From Podarcis liolepis (Eukaryota), in assembly GCA_965112155.1 (NCBI GenBank), contig OZ218104.1: a stretch of 64,000 nucleotides of DNA; one strand, written 5' to 3'. This document shows positions 60,913 to 64,000 of this stretch, in pieces. Position 1 is the stretch's first letter. Every line of letters starts with the position of its first letter. Below the pieces are notes generated by a model. That model was not told the DNA's origin. It saw only the letters and a list, made by a program, of their open reading frames with translations, and did no database searches. Made by a program: the position numbers and the translations under genes.

Positions 60913-61699
60913 GGAGCTGTGCTATTGCTGTTTGCTATGAATTTGTCCTTTCATGATTTCTGGGGGGGAGCATAGAAAGGCCCCCTCCCCTGCATATGGG
61001 GCACAGCAGCTGCGACTGTCCTGGGCCATTATGTCTCCCCTCAGATTCTACTTGTCTTTAACGGTTATTTTGAAAGCATGAAGTGTCTTGGGAATGCCAT
61101 GCTGTCTTCGGAGCCATATGAAGAATGATGGACATTAGGGAATCTGCTCAGTGTCTGGGTGAATGAGCATAACCAACGTTGCAAACCTCAGAAGTAAAAT
61201 GTCACAGCTCAGCTCCCTGTTGATTGCTAACCAGTATATAGTGAAAGGGGCAGGATGTCAAGAGAGAACATCGCTTAGTTTGCAGTGGCGTCCACCCTGC
61301 TGAGGTCACCTGCCTTTTCCAGACGCCTTCCGTTGCATTTATTATGTTGCATTCCTCCAACTGTCTTGCATTTGTTGCTACTTTCTGAGAAATGGCCTGT
61401 GGTGTTAGTATGTTGCCATTTTATGAGCCCTGTTCCCTTTTAACAAAACCCATGAGCCTTCCCCTGTCTTCAGGTAGTGATTTATTGCTTTATACTTAAT
61501 AGTTGGGAAATAAACGGAAAGCCACACGGTAGCCCCTTCAAAGCACAGAGGAGCGGGGCTTAGCTGCTTGAGTTTTTTGAGCTGAGCGCGTGATGCTCTT
61601 CTGAAATGCCTGGGTCGCCCGAGGTGATGTAAAAAATAACTAGGAAGTCCACCCTGCAGGTAAATGAGCGGTCACTCTATACCTTATTGCTTCTAGGAT

Positions 61700-62250
61700 T
61701 CCCGATAGCAACCTTCACTTGCCGCTCTGGTCGGCTAAAGGGAAGAGCCGCTCTGTCCGGCTCTGTCTCTATGGCGCCTGCCGAGTGTCGCCCCACGTGG
61801 CCCTCTGGGAGCCGGAAGTGCCGCTAAGGTACGGCGGGAGGCATACCGGCTCTGATTTTCCCCGAGCAAGAGCACCTCTTAGCGTTTGCAGAGCGCCTCC
61901 TTAGATCCCGGCGCTCCTAGAGAGGAGCGGGGCACCGTCGCCACAGAGCTTTTCCGTCTTGCTCCCGGCGGCCTCCGCCGGTTCTTGACTTCCTGGCCGG
62001 TAGCAGCTTCTGCCTGGTGGGTCCTGGGGACGGTCGGTGCCTGTTGCGACGAGGCTCTTAGCGGGGATGCTCGGCCGGGCAGGGGAAGCAGGAGGAGCCC
62101 GCCTCGCGCTTCGGCAGGTCTGGGACTGCTGGACGGTCTCTCTCTCGCATCCCGCACCACAATCCCCGGCGGCGGCTGGGAGTTGGAGCCCCGCGACCTC
62201 CGTAGGTCCCCGGTAGGGAGTGAGGCAGATGTCCGTCTCGCCGCCCCAAA
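61700..62250 (+). promoter_or_regulatory. ADAT1 CpG-island promoter and 5' region
   Basis: CpG-dense segment with ETS/GABP-type gccggaagtg near 61812, directly upstream of the ADAT1 start. Confidence 0.7.
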
Positions 62251-62252
62251 GG

Positions 62253-63672
62253 ATGTGGACCGCCGACGAGGTGGCCGCCCTGTGCTACAGCCACTACGAG
62301 GCCCGGCTGCCTAAGCAAGGGAAGCCGGCGGCTGGTCGAGAGTGGACTCTGCTGGCGGCGGTGCTGCAGGTGGAGAGCGCAGGTGAGGCTTGGAGAGGAC
62401 CAGGTGGGCTCTGGCTTCTGCGGCGGGAGGAGGCGCCTTGACCAAAGGGGGCGCCTTAAAGGGAAACCCAGCGAGGGCCTTTCGTTTTCTGGTGTTGGTG
62501 TCCCAGCTTTCTGTGGCCGTTCTTGATTATTAAGCATCCCAGCCTATTTCCATGGGTCTGTCTGATGCACCGATATGCCTTGCAGGGGTAGCTGTGCTGC
62601 TGGATATAACCGAGGAGGCTGCTGCTGCCTTCAGCTCCTCCTAGCAGAACTTGGTTGCCCCAAGTGAGTCACCCTAGTTGTGTCCCTGGCTTATGTGGCA
62701 GATCGCCTCCCCCCTGACTGGAGAGGATGGCATACTTGGGGGGAAGAGTTCCATTTGGGATTAGGGTGTTGATTCCAATGCTTCAAGAGCTTCTGGTCTG
62801 TTTCAGAACACTTGTGCCAGTTACTGCCATTAAAGCTTTCAGTGGATTAGGACCTGTTTACTTTATCTCATATAAATATCACCCCCCCCCCAGCACTAAG
62901 ACTTTCAGGAGAGGGGTTTCACTGTCCACCCCCTCCGGCCCCTGCAAAAAATAAGTGAGCCTCTCTGTGATTCTGTGAAGCCAGGGTGTTTGGTTCTAGA
63001 ATAAAGAAGAGAGAGAAGAGCTGTGGGTGATTTGGTATCTTCCCTAAAGGGGATCAGGGGATTGCACTCAGTGGCAGCACCCAGGCTCTGGAACTCCCTT
63101 CCCAGGGAGGCTGGGTAGACTCTCCCATTGTGCCTCCAACCCTGAGGAATAACAAGAAATAACTTTCATGGGACCATCATCTATTGGGACTTAAGAAGTG
63201 TGTGTGTGAAATGAGGGTAAGACACTGCAGAGGCAACTGTGGAACTGTCGTTGCTTCAGCCTTGCTGCTCCTGATCCTGGCTTTGTATGGGTGAAGCCCA
63301 ACCCAAAATTTTCTCTACCCTGCTGCGGACATTGTCTGTCCCTCTTCCAACTACCAATATTTCCCCCCTCAGAAATAAAGGCGATTGTTGCCATGGGAAC
63401 TGGAACGAAATGCATTGGGCAGTCAGAAATGAGGAAGACTGGTAAGCAGCCCCCTTCCCACCTGCTGGAGCCCACTGAGCTAGGTCCCCCCTCCTCACAA
63501 GCCCCTTGGAATGGAGCAAGGGCAGCTGCACACTGGTGTGGCTACATGCTTGGCTTCCTCCTGGAGAGGAACCGTGTCAGGCTTACTCTGTTGGTTTTGG
63601 TGGTCGTGCTTCTACAGGAGACATCCTCAATGACAGCCATGCCGAAGTGGTGGCCAAGAGGAGCTTCCAGAG
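62253..63672 (+). CDS. ADAT1: tRNA-specific adenosine deaminase 1, first three coding exons (continues beyond the window)
   Basis: Exons 62253-62382, 63373-63441, 63618-63672: [15 protein letters not shown]...LPKQGKP...[41 protein letters not shown] (HAE zinc motif). An in-frame upstream ATG lies at 62229. Confidence 0.95.
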
Positions 63673-64000
63673 GTGAGTAATGAGCTTGAGGGTGGACTCG
63701 GGGGCGGGGGTTGGAAGATTCCCTAGAATGGGCAGCTTCTTTGGGGGCCTGCTTATTCCAGCTCTGTGGCCCTTTAAGCCAGCTAAACTTTGCACTTTTC
63801 CTACCTGCAATGCATCTGAGAAAAGAGCAGGACCTGCTTGAATTGGCTGATCAATTATTTTAAGAATTTGTAAACTGTATACAAATTACAAAGCAAAGTT
63901 AAGAACACAAAGTCAACCAAAATTAAAAGTTGCAGAAATAGAATGGACTAATTGAGGAAAGCTTGTGGGGAGAAATAAGTTTTCAATGGACATAAAAAAG

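Overview
Compact, GC-rich, gene-dense vertebrate genomic segment. Its SINEs (Sauria/Squam1, Squam2-like, Squam3-like) point to a squamate, most likely a lacertid lizard. Gene order read from the sequence: 3' part of AP1G1 (+, 10 coding exons in the window), MARVELD3 (-), TAT (+, 11 coding exons), a single-coding-exon CHST4-type GlcNAc-6-O-sulfotransferase (+), TERF2IP/RAP1 (-) head-to-head with KARS1 (+, cytosolic and mitochondrial starts), and the first three coding exons of ADAT1 (+). Exon boundaries were placed by hand at GT-AG sites and checked for phase. Repeats include SINEs, hAT-type MITEs with 8-bp TSDs, an L1-like 3' fragment, a decayed RTE-X-like LINE, a solo LTR and Penelope-like fragments. 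Most notable observations: (1) an apparently unannotated, partly decayed minus-strand gene for a signal-peptide/Cys-rich/mucin-like/transmembrane protein, divergent from the TAT promoter; (2) no trace of or room for PHLPP2 between AP1G1 and MARVELD3; (3) the mitochondrial KARS1 presequence appears to be selected by an alternative 5' splice site plus a uORF rather than a cassette exon; (4) a Penelope-like perfect 74-bp hairpin overlapping a hammerhead-ribozyme core in a KARS1 intron. Gene and repeat names come from recalled sequences, not from database searches.
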